Counted from the first letter of the stretch, positions 44,066 to 53,542 are shown. The stretch: DNA of 64,000 nucleotides from Chloroflexota bacterium (GCA_016179765.1 JACPCL010000036.1:13916-77915); one strand, 5' to 3'. The notes: a model not told the origin generated them from the letters alone. Translations and numbers: made by a program.

Positions 44066-44095
44066 GAAAGTGGGTTTCATCCCACTTTCTTTATT
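44066..44095 (+). terminator. terminator-like hairpin inside the nusA leader (candidate attenuator)
   Basis: GAAAGTGGG-tttcat-CCCACTTTC followed by TTTATT, 38 nt before the nusA ATG. Confidence 0.45.
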
Positions 44096-44132
44096 CATAG
44101 GGGGTGGGGGAGCGCCTTGGAGGTCACAGAGC

Positions 44133-45764
44133 ATGAAGAGCGATTTCCTGATAGCCCTCACACAGCTCGCGGCGGAGAGGAATCTCCCACGGGAGATGGT
44201 CCTCTCTGCCATTGAAGCCGCATTAGCCTCGGCCTATAGGAAGGACAACCTTGTGGGCGAGGAGAACATTGCGGTGCGTCTCAGCCCCACCACAGGGGAC
44301 GTCCACGTCCATGTCCTGAAAACGGTGGCGGAGCCGGTGAACGACGTTCGCCTGGAGATCTCCCTGGCCGACGCCCAGAAGATCAAGAAGGACGCCGTCC
44401 TGGGCGAGGTGGTTGAGACCGGGTCCACGCCCTATAGCCCCGGGCGCATCGCGGCCCAGACCGCCAAGCAGGTGGTGATGCAACGGCTGCGGGAGGCCGA
44501 GCGAGACCTGGTGTACGCCGAGTACGCCAACCGCGCCGGCGAGATCATCACCGCCATGGTGCAGCGGGCCGACTCTCGCCAGGTGGTCGTTGACCTGGGT
44601 CGCGCCGAGGGCATCATGCCCGAAAAGGAGCTGATCCCCACGGAGCGCTACCGGCCCAACTTGAAGGTGAAGGTGTACATCGTAGAGGTGGCCCGCACCG
44701 CCAGAGGGCCCGAGATCATCGTCTCCCGCGCCCACCGGGACCTGATACGGCGTCTCTTTGAGATAGAGGTGCCAGAGATCTTCAACGGCGTGGTGGAGAT
44801 CAAGACCATCGCCCGGGAGGCGGGCGCTCGCAGCAAGGTGGCGGTGTGGGCGCGGCAGGAAGGGGTGGACGCCGTCGGCTCCTGCGTCGGCATGCGGGGG
44901 GTCCGCATCCAGAACGTGGTGCAGGAGCTTCAGGGCGAAAAGATAGACGTGGTGCAGTGGCATCGCGACCCCGCCACATTCATCGCCAACGCCTTGAACC
45001 CGGCCCAGGTCGCCCACGTGGACTTGAATTCGGCGGAGAACACCGCCCGTGTGGTGGTGCAGGATAAGCAGCTCTCACTGGCCATAGGCAAAGAGGGGCA
45101 GAATGCCCGCCTTGCGGCCAAGCTTACCGGCTGGAAGATAGACATTATCAGCGCTTCGGATGCGGAGCAGGAGCGCCTGGCCCGCAGCGCCGCTCTTGTT
45201 CAGCAGGATGAAGAGCGCAGGGCAAAGGTTCTGGAGGGGGCGGTTACCCTTGTCCCAGCCGAGGCCGCCCAGGCCCCCGTGCTGCTGCCCCAGCCTGAGC
45301 CGCAGGTGCTGCGCCCCGCCGCGCAACAAGAGACCCAGCTGGCCCCGACTGCCGTCGGGGCGGTCCCCATGCCAGTGGCCGAGGCCAAGGAGCGGGCGAC
45401 CAGACCCGTCGCAGCTCAAGGCCAGCCCGTCATGACCGCCCAGGAGCAGGAGGCCTGGCTTCTGAAGTCCATTGCTGACGAAGAGGCGGCCCACGCCGCC
45501 CAGGCGGAGGCGGAGGAGGAAGCCGAAAGGGAGCGGGCAGAGGAAGCGGAGGGGGTGCCCATCACCGACGACGTGTGGAATGTGCCGGTGCTGGTGCCTT
45601 CTGCTGGCGGGCAGATACGCTTTGCCGAGGATATTCTGGGCCAGCGCGGAGGCGGTCGACGGGGCGGTAGGCGCGGCGACGGCCGTGATGAGGACCCAAA
45701 CCGGGCCAGGAAAGGCACCGCCAAGCGCCGCCGCGGTCCTGGCCAGACAGAGCAGAGGGAGTAG
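44133..45764 (+). CDS. nusA: transcription termination/antitermination factor NusA with long low-complexity C-terminal tail
   Basis: ATG 44133 after GGAGGT. NTD, S1 and two KH domains ([36 protein letters not shown]). Arg/Gly-rich end. Confidence 0.95.
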   Translation: MKSDFLIALTQLAAERNLPREMVLSAIEAALASAYRKDNLVGEENIAVRLSPTTGDVHVHVLKTVAEPVNDVRLEISLADAQKIKKDAVLGEVVETGSTPYSPGRIAAQTAKQVVMQRLREAERDLVYAEYANRAGEIITAMVQRADSRQVVVDLGRAEGIMPEKELIPTERYRPNLKVKVYIVEVARTARGPEIIVSRAHRDLIRRLFEIEVPEIFNGVVEIKTIAREAGARSKVAVWARQEGVDAVGSCVGMRGVRIQNVVQELQGEKIDVVQWHRDPATFIANALNPAQVAHVDLNSAENTARVVVQDKQLSLAIGKEGQNARLAAKLTGWKIDIISASDAEQERLARSAALVQQDEERRAKVLEGAVTLVPAEAAQAPVLLPQPEPQVLRPAAQQETQLAPTAVGAVPMPVAEAKERATRPVAAQGQPVMTAQEQEAWLLKSIADEEAAHAAQAEAEEEAERERAEEAEGVPITDDVWNVPVLVPSAGGQIRFAEDILGQRGGGRRGGRRGDGRDEDPNRARKGTAKRRRGPGQTEQRE

Positions 45765-45767
45765 CGC

Positions 45768-46082
45768 ATGGACAAGGCAGCCCCCAAAGGGGCCGGCCCC
45801 CCTCACAAGCACATCCCTCTGCGACGCTGTGTCTCCTGCGGCCAGCGGTCCCCCCAGCGGGAGCTGGTGCGCATCGTGCGCTCGCCAGGGGGAGAGGTGT
45901 CAGTAGACCTGGGGCGCAAGAAACTCCCGGGCCGTGGCGCCTATCTGTGCCGCTCGCCAGAGTGCTGGGAGAGGGCCATTAAAAAGGACCGTCTCTCCTT
46001 TGCCCTCAAGGCCAATGTTTCGCCGGAAGACCGCCAGCGTCTCCAGGAGTTTGCCCTGGGCCAGCTTGCGCAGGCGCACTAG
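45768..46082 (+). CDS. ylxR: YlxR/DUF448 family RNA-binding protein
   Basis: PLRRCVSCGQRSPQRELVRIV..GRGAYLC motif. Canonical position between nusA and infB. Confidence 0.85.
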   Translation: MDKAAPKGAGPPHKHIPLRRCVSCGQRSPQRELVRIVRSPGGEVSVDLGRKKLPGRGAYLCRSPECWERAIKKDRLSFALKANVSPEDRQRLQEFALGQLAQAH

Positions 46083-46262
46083 GGTGGCGTCCGAGAAATA
46101 AGTTCTTGTTGGCAGTTGGGTCTTGCACCGCAGCCTGAAGGCTGCGGCATGATGCCGCATCGTTGGAGCTTGCCCTGAGTACAGCGAAGGGGTGCGGTGG
46201 AAAACTACCACCGAGGACAGCGACCTCATCATTGGACTAAGCGCTAGGGAAGTGGAGGAAGG

Positions 46263-48065
46263 ATGCAGAGGCAATTATCGCCAACCCCGACGAAAGAGCC
46301 CGGCGAGGCCCGGCCACGACCCGCGACGGTACGCGAGGTGCAGGTTCCTGAGGCCATCACCGTGGCGCGGCTGGCGGAGCTTGTCCATGCCAGTCCCATA
46401 GACCTCATGAAGCAGCTCATGCGGGCGGGCGTGATGGCTAGCATCAACCAGGCCATTGGGTTCAACACCGCCGCGGCCATCATTCCCGCCTACGGCTACC
46501 GCGCCGTGCCGGTGGCGGAGGCTGCGAAGGCCGCCAAAGCCCCTGAGGAGGCGGGGGACCCCGCCAAGCTCCAGAGCCGCCCCCCCGTGGTGACGGTGCT
46601 GGGGCACGTGGACCACGGCAAAACCACGCTGCTGGACGCGATCCGCAAGACCAAGATGGCCCAACGGGAGGCCGGCGGCATTACCCAGCACATCGGGGCC
46701 TACCAGACCGAGTACAAAGACCACAAGGTCACCTTCCTGGACACCCCAGGGCACGAGGCCTTCACGGCCATGCGCGCCCGGGGCGCCAACGCCACGGACA
46801 TCGCCATCCTGGTGGTGGCGGCGGACGACGGCGTCATGCCCCAAACCGTGGAGGCTATCAACCACGTAAAGGCCGCCAAGGTGCCTATTGTAGTGGCCCT
46901 GAACAAGATAGATAAACCCGAGGCGGACCCCGAGCGGGTCAAACGCCAGCTTACCGAGCATGGCCTGCTGGTGGAAGAGTGGGGCGGCGATGTCATCGCC
47001 GTACCCGTCTCTGCCAAGGCCGGCACGGGGATAGACGACCTTCTGGAAAACATTCTGGTGGTGGCGGAGGTGGCAGAGCTCAAGGCCAACCCGTACCTGC
47101 GCGCCCGGGGCATCGTGATAGAGGCCAGGCTGGACAAGAGCCGGGGGCCCGTCGCCACCGTCCTCATCAAGAACGGCACCCTCAACGTGGGCGACTACGT
47201 AGTGGTGGGCAACGTCCGGGGCCGCATGAAGGCGCTGGTGAGCGATGCTGGCCGGCGGTTGCAGTCGGCCCCTCCCTCAACGCCCGTGGAGGTGCTGGGT
47301 CTCAATGAGCTGCCCCAGGCAGGTGATACCCTGGAGGCGGTGCCCAGCGAGCGGGCGGCCAAGGCCCTGGTGGAAGCACGCCTTCTGCGACAAGGGAACC
47401 TTCGCACCCACGTTAGCCTGGAGGACGTGGTCAACCGCATCCGCACCGGCGAGACCCAGGAGCTTAACCTCATCATCAAGGCGGACGTCCAGGGTAGCGT
47501 AGAGGCGGTGCGGGAGGCCGTGATGCGCCTGAGTACGGAGAAGGTCCAGGTGCACATCATTCATACTGCCAGCGGCGCCATTACCGAGAGCGATATCTTC
47601 CTGGCGGAGGCCTCTCAGGCCCTGGTGCTGGGCTTCAACACCGGCGTGGAGCAAGGAGCGCGCAGGCTGGCGGAGTCCGAAGGCGTACAAATACGGTTCT
47701 ACAACATTATTTACACCATGGTGGAGGAGATCCAAGGCTTGCTGGAAGGCATGGTCCAGCCGGTGGTCAAGGACATCGTTGAAGGCCATGCGGCGGTGCG
47801 GACCATCATCTCCCGGAGCCGCCAGAGCAAAGTGGCTGGCTGCATGGTGACCGATGGGCGCCTCCTGCGCAACGCCCAGATACGCGTGCTACGCAAGGGC
47901 AAGGCGGTGTACGAGGGGCCCATCCAGAGCCTGCGCCGTTTCAAGGAGGACGTGCGTGAGGTGGCGGCAGGCATGGAATGCGGCGTGGTGCTGGCCAAAT
48001 TTGACGACTTTCAGGAAGAGGATATCCTGGAGGCCCGCCGCCAGGAGCAGCAACCAGCGCGGTAG
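46263..48065 (+). CDS. infB: translation initiation factor IF-2
   Basis: G domain [25 protein letters not shown]-terminal IF-2 domains. Confidence 0.95.
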   Translation: MQRQLSPTPTKEPGEARPRPATVREVQVPEAITVARLAELVHASPIDLMKQLMRAGVMASINQAIGFNTAAAIIPAYGYRAVPVAEAAKAAKAPEEAGDPAKLQSRPPVVTVLGHVDHGKTTLLDAIRKTKMAQREAGGITQHIGAYQTEYKDHKVTFLDTPGHEAFTAMRARGANATDIAILVVAADDGVMPQTVEAINHVKAAKVPIVVALNKIDKPEADPERVKRQLTEHGLLVEEWGGDVIAVPVSAKAGTGIDDLLENILVVAEVAELKANPYLRARGIVIEARLDKSRGPVATVLIKNGTLNVGDYVVVGNVRGRMKALVSDAGRRLQSAPPSTPVEVLGLNELPQAGDTLEAVPSERAAKALVEARLLRQGNLRTHVSLEDVVNRIRTGETQELNLIIKADVQGSVEAVREAVMRLSTEKVQVHIIHTASGAITESDIFLAEASQALVLGFNTGVEQGARRLAESEGVQIRFYNIIYTMVEEIQGLLEGMVQPVVKDIVEGHAAVRTIISRSRQSKVAGCMVTDGRLLRNAQIRVLRKGKAVYEGPIQSLRRFKEDVREVAAGMECGVVLAKFDDFQEEDILEARRQEQQPAR

Positions 48066-48318
48066 CCCTTCCGACCCTTAGGCTTGCCCTGTTGCCTGGG
48101 AGACCTCACCCCCTCGGTCCATCCTTGCGTCACGGTGGAATCGGGACGCAAGGACAAGCTCTTCCCTGAAGGAAAAGGGGAAGGATTCCTCTATCTCGTG
48201 AAACTATCTCAAGAACCTTTTTGGCATCCCCCCCTTCGGCTCCACTCAGGGCAGGCTGTTTAAGCTGGGGCGAGGAGCCATGTTGAGAGAGTCTCTCAAG
48301 CCCCCAGGGGAGACCTGA

Positions 48319-48678
48319 ATGAGCCGCAGAACAGAACGGGTCAACGACCTTCTTAGGGAGGAGATCAGCTACATCCTGGCCAGAGAGATGAAGGACCCTC
48401 GCCTCTCCGTGCTGCTCACCATCACCCGCGTCCAAGTCTCTACCGACCTTCAACAGGCGGTGGTCCACGTGAGCATCATGGGTACGCCCGAAGAAAAGAA
48501 GACGACCATTGAGCTGCTACGCGCCGCCGCAGGCTTCATTCAACGGGAGCTGAAACCCAAGCTGGCTACTAAGCTAGTCCCTTTTCTTACCTTCAAGCTG
48601 GACGAGTCCATAGAAGAGGGGATGCGTATGTTCCAACTCCTGGACACACCGCAAGGGCCAAAGCAGGAGAAGACGTAG
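48319..48678 (+). CDS. rbfA: ribosome-binding factor A
   Basis: RVNDLLREEISYILAREMKDPRL..ITRVQVSTDLQQAVVHVS. Confidence 0.9.
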   Translation: MSRRTERVNDLLREEISYILAREMKDPRLSVLLTITRVQVSTDLQQAVVHVSIMGTPEEKKTTIELLRAAAGFIQRELKPKLATKLVPFLTFKLDESIEEGMRMFQLLDTPQGPKQEKT

Positions 48679-48757
48679 TGAGGTGGATGTCTGCGACCGC
48701 ACCCTGATGGTCTTCAACCAAATACTATTGCTTCCGTAAGCAGGACTTTACCCCCTA

Positions 48758-48832
48758 TCCACCCCTTCCCCCGCAAGGGGGGAAGGGGTGGGCTTCCTCC
48801 CCCTTGACGGGGGAGGATTGAGGTAGGGGTGA
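48758..48832. repeat. Rep-A two-arm copy
   Basis: CACCCCTTCCCCCGCAAGGGGGGAAGGGGTG..CCTCCCCCTTGACGGGGGAGGATTGAGGTAGGGGTG. Confidence 0.8.
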
Positions 48833-48950
48833 AACCCTCCGCTCATTACAAAATAAGCTATTTCGTTCATGACCTGAAGCGTGTGGCAATGGGTTTATAA
48901 GCCAACCCGTGAACGGGGCGGTGTCCTTCGCCGCCCATCCAGTACCTCCC

Positions 48951-49901
48951 ATGACCTCCCCACTCCTCACAGATGGCATCCTTACCTTAGACAAGGCCCA
49001 GGGCATGACCTCCATGGAGGTGGTGCGCCAGGTCAAGCGCCTCACCGGCCACCGCCACGTGGGGCATGGCGGCACACTGGACCCCGAAGCCACGGGGGTG
49101 CTCCCCATCTTTTTGGGCCAGGCTACTCGCCTCATGGAGTATCTGCTGGAGGGGGAGAAGGAGTACCTTGGTACCTTGCGGCTGGGCATCGCCACGGACA
49201 CCTACGACGCCGCCGGCCGGGTGACTGAGGAGCGAGAGGCGGGCGGCGTGACCAGGGAGACGTTGGAGGAGGCCCTTTCAGGGTTCCGGGGCGTTATCCG
49301 CCAGACCCCTCCTATGCACAGCGCCCTGAAGTGGAAAGGCCAACGACTGTACGAACTGGCCCGCAGAGGCGTGGAGGTGGAGCGAGAACCCAGGACCGTG
49401 GAGGTCAGCCGCCTGGATCTCCTGGAATGGCAACCGCCCTACGCCACCCTTGCCATCCAGTGCGGGCGCGGGGCCTACATCCGTTCCCTGGCCCACGACG
49501 TGGGCCAGGCCCTGGGGTGCGGCGCACACCTGGCAGGGTTGCGGCGCACCCGCACGGGAGCCTTCCGTATCGGCCAGGCGGTCACCCTGGAACAGCTGAG
49601 GGAAGCGATAGCAGAAGGCCAGGGGACGGAGTTGCTCTTGCCGGTGGATTACGCCGTCCTGCACTTCGGGGCGGTCGTGCTAAACTCGGGGGAGGAGCGC
49701 ATGGTGCGCAGCGGCCAGCCGGTGCGCCTGAGCGCCCATACCCACTCCGCCGAGCACCTGGAGGTCTGCCGGGCCTACAGCCAGGAGGGGCGCTTTGCGG
49801 CGCTGCTACGCTTCAACCGGCCAATACGTCTATGGGAGCCACACAAGGTGTTCCAGCTTCAAGCGCCCTCGCCCTACGCACATGAGGGAGCCCTCGTATG
49901 A
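48951..49901 (+). CDS. truB: tRNA pseudouridine(55) synthase
   Basis: ATG 48951. GILTLDKAQGMTS and VGHGGTLDPEATGVL motifs. Confidence 0.9.
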   Translation: MTSPLLTDGILTLDKAQGMTSMEVVRQVKRLTGHRHVGHGGTLDPEATGVLPIFLGQATRLMEYLLEGEKEYLGTLRLGIATDTYDAAGRVTEEREAGGVTRETLEEALSGFRGVIRQTPPMHSALKWKGQRLYELARRGVEVEREPRTVEVSRLDLLEWQPPYATLAIQCGRGAYIRSLAHDVGQALGCGAHLAGLRRTRTGAFRIGQAVTLEQLREAIAEGQGTELLLPVDYAVLHFGAVVLNSGEERMVRSGQPVRLSAHTHSAEHLEVCRAYSQEGRFAALLRFNRPIRLWEPHKVFQLQAPSPYAHEGALV

Positions 49902-49996
49902 CCGCATCCCGGGGCAACCTGGTGGAGAGAGCGGAGCGCCACCCCAGATTGCTTCGTCGTCCCGATGGAATCAGCCTTCCCACACACCGCACGTTT

Positions 49997-50062
49997 TCCT
50001 CTCCCTTGACGGGAGAGAGCAGAGCCGCCCTGAGCGAAGCCGAAGGGGTGAGTGTGAAAGGG
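49997..50062. repeat. Rep-A variant
   Basis: CCTCTCCCTTGACGGGAGAGAGC..CCCTGAGCGAAGCCGAAGGGGTGAGTGTGAAAGGG. Confidence 0.55.
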
Positions 50063-50152
50063 TAGCCGACCCCGGCAAATGGTTTTGGGATAGCGTCAAG
50101 TAAACAACCCCAAATGCTTTCATTGTCGCGCCACCTTTGGTGTTTTTGCACC

Positions 50153-50184
50153 TTGACATAATGCCCCCCCCCCCCTGATAGAAT
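50153..50184 (+). promoter_or_regulatory. TTGACA and TAGAAT hexamers separated by a 20-nt spacer containing a C12 tract
   Basis: TTGACA at 50153-50158, C12 at 50164-50175, TAGAAT at 50179-50184. About 100 nt upstream of the protease-like gene. Confidence 0.45.
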
Positions 50185-50284
50185 AAAAACGTTGTTTGCG
50201 GGGGTAGCTCCTAGGAGAAGCCACGGAGGCGGGGCATGCGAGGGCGTTTTAGCCTACTTCTAACTTCCAGTTGAAAGGTGTCCA

Positions 50285-51601
50285 ATGCAAAAACGTAGCC
50301 AGCTACTGTTACTTCTCACCATAACTATAATAGGTGTTTGGTTCATTACTTCATCTCTTGCCAGCCAAAGCTCCGAAGCAACAAGGCGCTCCTCCTTGGA
50401 GGCGTCAGGCGCGCCAGGCCTTGGCACACATCCAAAGACTCCTCATGACCTCATGGTTGAGGTCGCCGACACTGTTCCCGGTTTTGCTGGCCTTTACTTT
50501 GAGGGGGACGTTTTGAACGTCGTGCTCGTCCATCCCTCGCCAGAGGCGGCGCAGCGGGCAGCAGAGTTGTATTTTGGCAATAATGATGACCGCCTAAGTC
50601 GTGCCCGTGAGATCCGCGCCGTGCAAGGGCAGTACGATGGCAAGCAACTCAAGGCATGGTTTGATGCCCTCCACACCGTAGCCATTGAAGGACGAAGCGG
50701 AATCTCCATTAGGACGGACAAGAACCGGGTCTGGATTGGCGTTAAGGATGAGGCCTCACGGAACCGGACACAGGAGGCATTGGCTCAGCTAGGCATTCCG
50801 CCAGAGGCCGTCATCATAGAGGTTGGAGTCTTCTGGTTCGCCTCCAGCCACGAGTATCTGACGGGCTATGTGAATCCCTACAAGGGCGGCCTGGCTACCG
50901 ATGCCTATGCCGGTGGGTGTACCCTCGGGCCCACTGTTACCCTTGGGGGGACAGCCGGCAATCTCTCTCCTACCCATTGCTCTAGATACTTGGGAACTGT
51001 GGATAACACCGGACTCTATCAGCCCAACTACGACCCCAGCAACAACCCGAACAACTACATCTCATACGAGACCGCTGACCCTAGTTTCTTTACTTCCGCC
51101 CAGAACTCCCAGTGTCCTCCCAATCGCTTGTGTCGCTATAGCGATGCGTCTTTTTACAAAGAAGACAACGCTAACCGGTCACGCCAGCAGGGACGTGTTG
51201 CCCGTACCGTCGGCAGCTACACAACAGAGATCAGCCATAATTTCCCTACATTTCGGATCGTTGACTTCCAAAATGGGCCCGTCATAGGAGAAGTCCTGAC
51301 CAAGGTAGGGAGAGTAAACGGCACGCTCTCTGGCCAGGTCACTGACACCTGCGCTACCATAGACTGGTCAGGCACAAGTTACACCTTCCTCTGCCAAGGA
51401 GTCATGACCGTGAACCAGGCGAGCGGAGAGAGCGGAGCACCTGTCTTCTATGAGACGAACAGTCCGCAATACTCTGACGCCAAAATATATGGCATGGCGA
51501 CGCTCACAAGCAGCGCTGGGCAGGCAGGCTTTAGCCTCGTGAACTCCCTGTTCTGGGAGTTAGGCAATTTGAAGTGGTGTGACCCTAGCTTCACCTGCTA
51601 G
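50285..51601 (+). CDS. secreted S1-family (alpha-lytic/streptogrisin-like) serine protease homolog with pro-region
   Basis: Signal/TM LLLLLTITIIGVWFITSS. Pro-domain-like FAGLYFEGDVLNVVLV and RVWIGVKDE. Candidate triad contexts LSPTHCS, YSDASF, GESGAPVF (GDSGG variant). Lower GC. Confidence 0.5.
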   Translation: MQKRSQLLLLLTITIIGVWFITSSLASQSSEATRRSSLEASGAPGLGTHPKTPHDLMVEVADTVPGFAGLYFEGDVLNVVLVHPSPEAAQRAAELYFGNNDDRLSRAREIRAVQGQYDGKQLKAWFDALHTVAIEGRSGISIRTDKNRVWIGVKDEASRNRTQEALAQLGIPPEAVIIEVGVFWFASSHEYLTGYVNPYKGGLATDAYAGGCTLGPTVTLGGTAGNLSPTHCSRYLGTVDNTGLYQPNYDPSNNPNNYISYETADPSFFTSAQNSQCPPNRLCRYSDASFYKEDNANRSRQQGRVARTVGSYTTEISHNFPTFRIVDFQNGPVIGEVLTKVGRVNGTLSGQVTDTCATIDWSGTSYTFLCQGVMTVNQASGESGAPVFYETNSPQYSDAKIYGMATLTSSAGQAGFSLVNSLFWELGNLKWCDPSFTC

Positions 51602-51627
51602 CAAACCACCTATCCCGACAGCGTTCA

Positions 51628-51668
51628 AGACGCCGCGAGGCAAACTGCTTCTGCGGCGTCTTTCTTTT
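51628..51668 (+). terminator. intrinsic terminator after protease-like gene
   Basis: AGACGCCGC...GCGGCGTCT followed by TTCTTTT. Confidence 0.6.
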
Positions 51669-51853
51669 GGCAATTTGCATTGTTAACGCCTGCACCATGC
51701 GCCCTCAATGCGGAAGGCGCATGGTCTCCTCCGGGAGACTGACGTCATCCAAGATAAGAGGGCAACAAAGTACATCATGGCGGCGCAGGCGTCCGCGAGC
51801 AAACGTTCCCTCTACCCCCGTCCTGTCCACATGTCCTGAACCAGTACAACCCC

Positions 51854-51881
51854 TTGCACACCCACGCCTCTATGCTATACT
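51854..51881 (+). promoter_or_regulatory. promoter of the 5S rRNA gene TTGCAC-16-TATACT
   Basis: TTGCAC at 51854-51859 and TATACT at 51876-51881. The predicted start coincides with the 5S 5' end. Confidence 0.55.
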
Positions 51882-51886
51882 AAAAA

Positions 51887-52005
51887 TCCTGGTGTTTAGA
51901 GCGAGGTGGCACCACCCGTTCCCATCCCGAACACGGAAGTGAAACGCCTCAGCGCTGACGATATTGTGCCCGCGAGGGTATGGGAAAATAGGCCATCGCC
52001 AGGAC
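51887..52005 (+). rRNA. rrf: 5S ribosomal RNA
   Basis: UCCUGGUG...CCCAUCCCGAACACGGAAGUGAAACGCCUCAGCGCUGA...CGCCAGGA matches the bacterial 5S consensus, and helix I closes between the two ends. Confidence 0.85.
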
Positions 52006-52006
52006 T

Positions 52007-52051
52007 CACGAGGCTCTTGGCATGAAGCTTGTGCCAAGAGCCTCGTGTTTT
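52007..52051 (+). terminator. intrinsic terminator after 5S rRNA
   Basis: CACGAGGCTCTTGGCA-tgaagctt-TGCCAAGAGCCTCGTG followed by TTTT. Confidence 0.75.
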
Positions 52052-52133
52052 CCCACCATCTCCCTTCACTCAAAGGCGCCTGATGCACACGCGGCATCAC
52101 TGATACCTCCCATCAAGGTGTTTCACCCGATCT

Positions 52134-52284
52134 CCTAACAGGCTGCTGAAAAACACCTTTAGACCATCCCCCTTGCCCCCTTTCTGGAAGGAAGGGGGCA
52201 GATTTTGTATCTGAGGGACACCCTCAGACTCCCGGCAGAGGGGCAAAGCCCCTCTGGACTCCCCTTCTTTCATCAGCCTTCTAG
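52134..52284. repeat. Rep-B copy with a nested Rep-A hairpin
   Basis: CCTAACAGGCTGCTGAAAAACACC..CCCCCTTGCCCCCTTTCTGGAAGGAAGGGGGCAG..TTTGTATCTGAGGGACACCCTCAGA..AGAGGGGCAAAGCCCCTCTGGACTCCCCTTCTTTCATCAGCCTTCTAG. Its end contains the fic stop codon. Confidence 0.85.
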
Positions 52285-53432
52285 AGGGCAGAGGAAGCTT
52301 CCAATGCATGGAGTACCTCCCTAGCAACATATAAACGTGGCCAGGAATTGGGTACGGGTTCTAGAATGCCGGCGGCTGCTAGTTTGTCCAAGACAGCGTG
52401 CGCTCCAGGGTTGCTGATGTTGAGCAACGCTGAAGCCCTTGGAGCGGTCATGAACGGCCCAGCTACCAATTCCTCAAGTAGACGAGTGGCGCTACCTGAC
52501 AAATGGTGTTCACGTGCTATTGTCATGTACCGCTCATGGACAGACCTCATCTGCTTAATTCGGGCTATGGCATCCCTGGATTGTTGCTCTACCCCGGCAA
52601 AGAAAAAGCTCAACCACCCTTTCCAGTCACCAGTGGCGCTCACGGCAAAGAGATGGTCGTAGTACTCTTCCCGGTGACGCTCAAAGTAGGCGCTCAAGTA
52701 CAGCAATGGCGCCGGAAGAACACCTTTGGCACAGAGGAACAAGATGATGAGCAAGCGGCCAACGCGGCCATTGCCATCAAGGTACGGGTGTATGGCCTCA
52801 AACTGATAGTGCACCATGGCGCAGGCTATGAGGGGAGGCAATAACGTATCTTCGTTGGCGAAGCGTTCCCAATCCAGGAGCAAATCGCGTACCACGTCTG
52901 CTGGGGGTGGCACGTAGCGGGCTTCCTCTATTGGCGTTCCCGGGACGCCGATATGGACCTGCTCCGTTCGCAGCTCACCGGGGCGTTTGTCCTCGTCACG
53001 CACTCCTCTCAGAAGCCTTTCATGTACTTGATTTATGAGACGCAACGAGATGGGCAGGCGATTCAAGAGGTCTAAGCCACGCTCCAATGCCCGAACATAG
53101 TTGGCAACTTCACGTACGTCGCCCCGGGGACGAGTTTCGTCCGAAGCCTCATACAGGAAAAGGTCTGAAAGAGAGGCGTACGTGCCTTCAATACTTGAGG
53201 AGAGCACAGCCTCACGGCGCATGAAGGGGCGGACCAGGATAGTAGGATTCGGGATCGTCTCCCCTACTCCTGCCAACGTGGCAACAGCCCTGCTTGCCTT
53301 ATCAAGTGCCACGATGAGGGGTGTTGAGAGAGCCATCTCCCTGGGAAGAGGATCAGGCACGAAGGCCACCTGGTTGTGCCCCAAGACAGGCACAAGCTTT
53401 CCGTTGGGGCTGCTGGCCAGACGTGACATCAT
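52281..53432 (-). CDS. fic: Fic-family protein (class II, N-terminal inhibitory helix)
   Basis: Fic motif HPYLDGNGRVGR. Inhibitory motif SSSIEG (S-x-x-x-E-G). C-terminal winged-helix-like region. Lower GC. Confidence 0.85.
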   Translation of the reverse strand: MMSRLASSPNGKLVPVLGHNQVAFVPDPLPREMALSTPLIVALDKASRAVATLAGVGETIPNPTILVRPFMRREAVLSSSIEGTYASLSDLFLYEASDETRPRGDVREVANYVRALERGLDLLNRLPISLRLINQVHERLLRGVRDEDKRPGELRTEQVHIGVPGTPIEEARYVPPPADVVRDLLLDWERFANEDTLLPPLIACAMVHYQFEAIHPYLDGNGRVGRLLIILFLCAKGVLPAPLLYLSAYFERHREEYYDHLFAVSATGDWKGWLSFFFAGVEQQSRDAIARIKQMRSVHERYMTIAREHHLSGSATRLLEELVAGPFMTAPRASALLNISNPGAHAVLDKLAAAGILEPVPNSWPRLYVAREVLHALEASSAL

Positions 53433-53510
53433 GATGGCAAAAGAAACCCCGCTTTCAATTTCTCACCCAATTGAAACATATCGGCCAAAAAGTTTCAATT
53501 GCCCTTTCGG

Positions 53511-53542
53511 TTGAACGTGGTGTTTTTAGTAGCCGCTGGTAG
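53511..53542. repeat. degenerate Rep-B terminus X (inverted relative to 52134)
   Basis: TTGAACGTGGTGTTTTTAGTAGCCGCTGGTAG, compared with CCTTGAACCCC..GGGGGTGTTTTTCAGCGCCCTGTTAG. Confidence 0.5.

Noticed and set aside
44010-44132. N-terminal extension of nusA in the track ORF
   Set aside because: It covers the promoter-proximal leader and hairpins. ATG 44133 has a GGAGGT RBS and matches the conserved NusA N-terminus.
51667-52100. ORFs 51667..51942 (+) and 51870..52100 (-)
   Set aside because: They overlap the 5S rRNA gene, its promoter and its terminator. Spurious.
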